From Malacoraja senta (Eukaryota): a stretch of DNA of 64,000 bases. This document shows positions 58,934 to 64,000 of the stretch, in pieces. The DNA lies in contig CM075977.1 in NCBI GenBank assembly GCA_038087875.1, positions 320,478,001 through 320,542,000 on the forward strand, written 5' to 3'. Both the position numbers and the translations under genes were made by a program. The notes beneath the pieces were generated by a model. The model worked only from the letters and a program-made list of their open reading frames with translations, was not told where the DNA came from and did not search any database. Position 1 is the stretch's first letter. Each line of letters opens with the position of its first letter.

Positions 58934-60339
58934 CTATATAAATACATGTTGCCCTTGTTTAGGTGACCATGGTATTTTGCTCATCATTCATATAAATGTG
59001 AACCGCAGCGATCTTTACTTTGTTGAATTATACAGGGTTTCCTCAGCCTCTGGAGAAGATACAATCAGTAGTTACATTGTCACAATCCCTGACCTTAAAG
59101 CAACTGAGCATGTGAAAACTTATTGTTTCAAACAGAACCGACTGGAAATCTCCCTGCAATAAGATTTCTACTGAATTTACGCTTATTATTGTGGAACTGC
59201 CTCCTGAATTGCTCAGACGACAAAATTGATCACTAGACATGTTTACAAAGGGAAATAACAAACGTAGGGATATAGACAGGGAAGCAAAGCAAACAGGAGA
59301 CTGGTTGAAGCCTAGCAGAGCAGAGCAGAAGGAACATCTGCAAGAAAAGGAGCAGACAGGAAGACCAGCTGGAATATTGCACAGCCAGCAATTGCTTGAT
59401 TGATCAACAATTTTTTGATTTACTGACTGCTGAATTGAATGGTGAGACATGCTGCTTAACTTGTGACTTTGTGGGAGGATTAAACCATGACTTGAATGTC
59501 ATTTTTCACTTTGTACCTACATGTGTAAAAGACAATACGTTGAGGTAATTATATTATTTGCTGTACATAGTGGGAGTTTTAAAAGAATAAGGCTGATTGT
59601 AAGCAAAGTAATAGTTTGGGGAGGTTTATCTGTGAAATAGAGATGACCATTCAAGCTGCATTCAATTCAGAAAGACATGTTGTCAATAATTGTATCCAAA
59701 TATGAAACTAACATCTTGCTATGTACTTGCAAGGATGTTGCATGTAAATATTATCATCGGAGATGAACTTTACTATCAATGAAAATTTCACGCAGAGAAT
59801 CATTGGAATATGCCTGGGGATGTTGGTTGTGGACTGAAAAACAGAACAAGTAGTTAGTAAGGTGGACCCGAGCTGATTTGCTTGTTTTCTCCGGTAATCA
59901 CCTTTTTTTCGGAAGCTGCGCTAATGTGTTGGACTAAATCAGGGTTAAGCACGCTTAGTGAAGAGGAACAATGATACTCATGATTGCCTTTTGTCCTTCA
60001 CCATTTTTCTGCAGTTCATTGTGTCCTGGGCTGAGAGTCATATCTTTTCATCGGAATACTGTTCCATGTCTTTGTCTTTGCTAGTTGTCTTAAACGTAGG
60101 ATAGAAACAGTCACCTAGATTTTAGGTAGCATTACATTTTATTAGTAAAGTTTTATTAGATGTTGCTCATTTTACATGTATTCCATAGTTCATGAATCTG
60201 CACATGCTCTGTATGTTTAACATGGAAGTTGCTGGACATAGGTCCACACTCAGTATGGGTCACTGATATGGAAGCAGGACTTCTCCAAAATAATTGTGAA
60301 CCCTGCAGTGGCATTCTTTTTCAAAGAAATCTGCCAGAG

Positions 60340-60452
60340 TGGATACAAAAGTGGGATAGCATGGAAATAGTGTAAGCAGGTGATCAGTTGTCGGCATGGA
60401 CTCAGTGGGCCGAAAGACCTGTTTCCATACCGTATCTCTAAACTAAACTAAG
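60340..60452 (+). mobile_element. HE1-type SINE 3' fragment
   Basis: gtcggcatggactcagtgggccgaaagacctgtttcc...taaactaaacta. Confidence 0.8.
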
Positions 60453-60594
60453 AACCAATCTAAGAACCAGCCTGGTTTGGACAAGAAATCTTTTTTATGT
60501 ATTTGTTTTCTCTATAGATAGTGCATTACCTACTGAATAATTAGAGGGTTTTATATTTAGATATGCTGTTGTAAAATAATTTCATTTCTCAGAA

Positions 60595-61040
60595 TCATAG
60601 ACTTTAATCGGACTTCACTAGACTTAATTTTGCACTACAGGTTATTCCCTTTATCCTGCATCTGTACACTGTACAAAGAATTTCACACAGAGAATTGTGA
60701 GTGTGTGGAATTCTCTGCCTCAAAGGACGGTGGAGGCTGGTTCTCTGGATGCTTTCAAGAGAGAGTTAGATAGAGCTCTTAGGGAGAGTGGAGTTAAGGG
60801 ATATGGGGAGAAGGCAGGAACGGGGTACTGATTGTGGATGATCAGCCATGATCACATTGAATGGCAGTGCTGGCTTGAAGGGCCGAATGGCCTACTCCTG
60901 CACCTATTGTCTATTGTCTATTGCCTATTGAATGATTGTAATCATGTACAGTCTTTCTACTCACTGGATAAGGCACAACAAAAATGCTTTTCACTGTACC
61001 TCGGTACATGTGACAATAAACTAAACTGAACTAAACTAGA
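60595..61040 (+). mobile_element. Rex1-like 3' UTR interrupted by a CR1 3' end (~60683-60930)
   Basis: ttttcactgtacctcggtacatgtgacaataaactaaact tail; the inner CR1 has a (CTATTGT)n tail. Confidence 0.75.
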
Positions 61041-61284
61041 ATGAATCAGAACAGAATGAAGTCAGTTGGCCCATCGTGCCAGCACTGGTTCATTAAAATA
61101 ACTTCAACAGTTCCACCTCTTTTCACTTTTCCCTAATTCCATTAAATATTTACTCAATTACCATTTGAAGGTCATCATTAAATCTTCCTCCTTCATCTTT
61201 TTAGACATTGTATTACACACTATGTTATTAGCTTTCCCTCATGCCAAATCTTGATCAATTAATTGAAAAAAACTGCATGCCATT

Positions 61285-61565
61285 TTGTCGCTGTTCCTCA
61301 GGACAATTTCCCAGGCCCAATCTCCTTCAGCTGCTCTTATGCAGCCTTGCAGCCTATGTAAGGTCAGAAGGGATTGTTTGCATATGATTGCACAGTGTTC
61401 AGTTCCAGTTGTAGCAGTTCTCCAGATAACGACGCAGTTCAAAGTCAACATTCAGGCCTGGGCTGATAAATAGCAAGTAAAATTTGCCTCATAAAAGTGC
61501 CAGGCAATGGCCATCCTCCATAAGACATCCAACCGACTCCCCTTATTACTTCACAGTGTTAGCAT
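61285..61565 (+). mobile_element. Ancient CR1/L2-group RT fragment
   Basis: Degenerate VPQ...GP, LFAYDCTVF (FADD region), IQAWADK. Confidence 0.65.
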
Positions 61566-62030
61566 TAATATTCAACTGGATCCCGATCCTAAATTAATAA
61601 TATTGGGCATGTCAGAACAATACCTAAAACTTACAACAAACCAAAGAAATGTCCTTGACTACAGCATAATAATTGGGAAAAAATTAATATTAAAATTTTG
61701 GAAAAATCCTGCAACCCCCACAATTAAGATGTGGATTATGGAGATGTCGAAGACCTTATATTTGGAAAAAATTAGATATGTCTTAATTGACAAACCAGAA
61801 TTATTTACTAAAATATGGTCTCCATTTATAGATTATCTGAAGGGGTAGACTGGGCCGGCGCGGAGGCCCGACTGAAACCTGAACCCAGGACTGGATGAAT
61901 AGTTACGTTTTCTGACCTAAGTTGTATTATTGATAGTTTATCTTACTTTTTTAATTTCTTCTTTTTATTTCTTTATTTCTTTATTTTCTTTATTTTCATT
62001 ATTATTATTATTATTTTTTTTTAAAGCATT
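61566..62030 (+). mobile_element. L1/Tx1-clade LINE 3' end (ORF2 C-terminus plus T-rich UTR)
   Basis: GKKLILKFWKNPATPTIKMWIMEM...LEKIRY...FTKIWSPF, the pattern of fish-type L1 ORF2 ends. Confidence 0.75.
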
Positions 62031-62163
62031 AACTTTCATTTAGTAGAAATGTGGCTCAACCTGCCGCATATGTACTGCAGTCACAAAAGGAATCAGGAGA
62101 TTTTGTGTTCTATGGGGAATGACTTGTCTCCTGAAGCCCCTAAGCTTATTTGCCATCTACAAA

Positions 62164-62211
62164 GGTGGCACAGTGGTGCAAGGGGGTGGTACAGTGGTGC
62201 AAGGGGGTGGC
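62164..62211. repeat. 21-bp tandem duplication resembling an HE1 SINE 5' start
   Basis: ggtgg(c/t)acagtggtgcaaggg x2.3. Confidence 0.75.
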
Positions 62212-62580
62212 TCAAGCCTGTAAGTCCAGGTAACATCCTAGTGAATCTCTTCTGCGCCCATTCTAATTTAAGGACATCCTTCCTATAGCTGGGTGACCAG
62301 AACAGCATACAATACTCCAAGTTTGATCTTGCCTTTGACTTGTACAGCTGCATTATAATATGCCAACTTTTGTATTCAATACCCTTTCCAATGAAGGCGA
62401 GCATGCCAAATGCCTTCTTCACCACACTGTCCAGCTGACTTGCCACAGTTAGAGAATCATGCTACTGTGTATTTCTCTGTTCTGCAATACTCTCTAGCGC
62501 TCTACAATTTACTGTGTAAGTCTTACCCTGGTATGATAAACAAAAGTGCAACTCCCCACGATTGTCAGAGATAAATTCCC
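62212..62580 (-). mobile_element. CR1 RT fragment
   Basis: ORF 62093-62446 (VVKKAFGMLAFI...LEYC...FWSP). Confidence 0.85.
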
Positions 62581-63324
62581 AAAAAGTTTACTCCTGTTTA
62601 AATCCTTATGTACTTAAATACCCAAACCTCCTGCTGGATTGAGAATTTAATTTTTAAATGACTTTCTGCTCCACAACTTCCCAAAATGTTTTTCCTCAGC
62701 TGCGAATTTCTCTTTCTGCATCTGACATGTCTGATTTAAAAAAATAAACAATTGTCAGAAAATGTCTCAGCACCAGTGGTACAGCATTATTCAGAAGTAT
62801 TTAGGAAGCTGTTAGGCAGGTGTAGCCAGCATGAGAAGCTAGTGGGGGATGATTTTTGCTGCCTCCATTACTGCCTCCATCATTTTGATTAATCCCAAAA
62901 TAAATGCTAAGGAGCCTTCTATCCTTGTTATGGAGCAGCTGATCAGAGACAATGACAAAACTGTAAATAACAGAAAGGTGGAAATCCCCAGAGGTTCCAC
63001 ACCCCAAAGAAACTGAATCTTCATATGATGTGATGCAAGTTGTGTGACCTTTCAAAGAGGAGCTGTTATTTAGAGTCTCAAAAATTCTAAATATTAATAA
63101 TATCCTTGGAGAAAAATAAAGATACCACAATGGGAGATTGGAGTTTCCCCAAGATTCTGATATCCTCCTGCCAGGCTGTGTTGGAAATTAGCGAAAGCCA
63201 TGAAGAGACAATTGTCTGTAGTGGGTTCCTGTCAGATGTAGTGTGAAAGAACGTCCATGCATTTTCTACTCCAACATGAGATGGTACAAGGCATGACTAG
63301 TATTTTACAAATGACACTAAAGTA

Positions 63325-63645
63325 GGTCGGCACAGTGGCACGACAGGTAGAGCCGCTGCCTCACAGCACCACTCAGGTTTGATCCTAACCTCAGGTGCTG
63401 TCTGTGTGGAGCTTGTACGTTCTCCCTGTGACCTCATGGGTTGCCCCCGGTGCTCCACTTTCCTCCCACATCTCAAAGACATGCAGGATTTGCAGGTTAA
63501 TTGGCCTCTGTAAAATTGCCCTTAATAAGTAAGGAGTGGATGAGAGAGTGGGATAACATAGAGCTAGTGTGAGCAGGTGATCGATGGTCAGTATGGATGG
63601 TGGGCCAAAGGACCTGTTTCCACGTTGCATCTTTAAACTAAATGA
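63325..63645 (+). mobile_element. HE1-type V-SINE
   Basis: tRNA-like head, V-domain and taaactaaa tail. Confidence 0.85.
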
Positions 63646-63649
63646 AACA

Positions 63650-63862
63650 AAGTGGTATCATGGACAATGAAGATGGTTAACAAAAATGACAGTCAGATCT
63701 TGATCAGCTGGCAAGTAGGATGAAGAATGGCTAAAGGAGATGATAAAAATGAGGTGTAGCATTTTGGAAAGTCAAATCCCAATGGCAATGAATGATAGGG
63801 CCCCGTGGGAGTTGTTGGTGGAGGAATCTAGAAGTACAGGTATAATGTTCCCTGAAAAGGTG
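63650..63862 (+). mobile_element. Old CR1 RT fragment
   Basis: gatcttgatcagctgg...gcattttggaaagtcaaatc. Confidence 0.7.
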
Positions 63863-64000
63863 GTTATCTACCTGTGACACCAATTTCTCCTGCCTCCCCC
63901 TCCCCTTTCTTCGCCCCTCCCCCTCTCCCCTGTATCCCACCAGGATTCACACCTATTTTTCCCATCCCCCTCCACCTACATTCCTTCCTCTAGTTTCACA
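63863..64000 (+). mobile_element. Penelope pseudo-LTR body, truncated by window end
   Basis: Pyrimidine-rich; reverse-complementary to 51620-51710. Confidence 0.7.

Noticed and set aside
59043-59450. 135-aa minus ORF and the other 60-130 aa ORFs outside repeats
   Set aside because: No domains, biased composition and no splice context; many are antisense shadows of LINE ORFs.

Overview
This window is eukaryotic and repeat-dense, with two assembly gaps (11181-11380, 26858-27008). The repeat repertoire (HE1-type V-SINEs, abundant CR1 LINEs, DeuSINE-like relics) points to a cartilaginous fish, probably a skate or ray; this is inference. No host protein-coding exon could be identified, so it is most likely intronic or intergenic. 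Every ORF I could assign belongs to a retrotransposon: CR1, an RTE, an AT-rich Crack/Daphne-like LINE with an uninterrupted ~970-aa ORF2, L2, L1 and Rex1 fragments. DNA transposons include a PIF/Harbinger MITE family (one copy nested in another), a hAT-type MITE and a probable Helitron 3' end. The most striking signal is about 20 short Penelope (Neptune-like)-derived elements, many palindromic and flanked by 11-19 bp target-site duplications (TSDs). They carry a minimal type I hammerhead ribozyme core (CTGANGA-A-GGGTC-NN-GACCC-GAAA-CGTC). The catalytic G12 and the palindromic helix III both sit in CpGs and decay in older copies. Repeat-poor islands (about 16.2-18.9 kb, 23.1-23.5 kb, 40.8-41.1 kb, 57.5 kb, 59.3 kb) contain candidate regulatory motifs. 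All family assignments come from motif recognition, not database searches.
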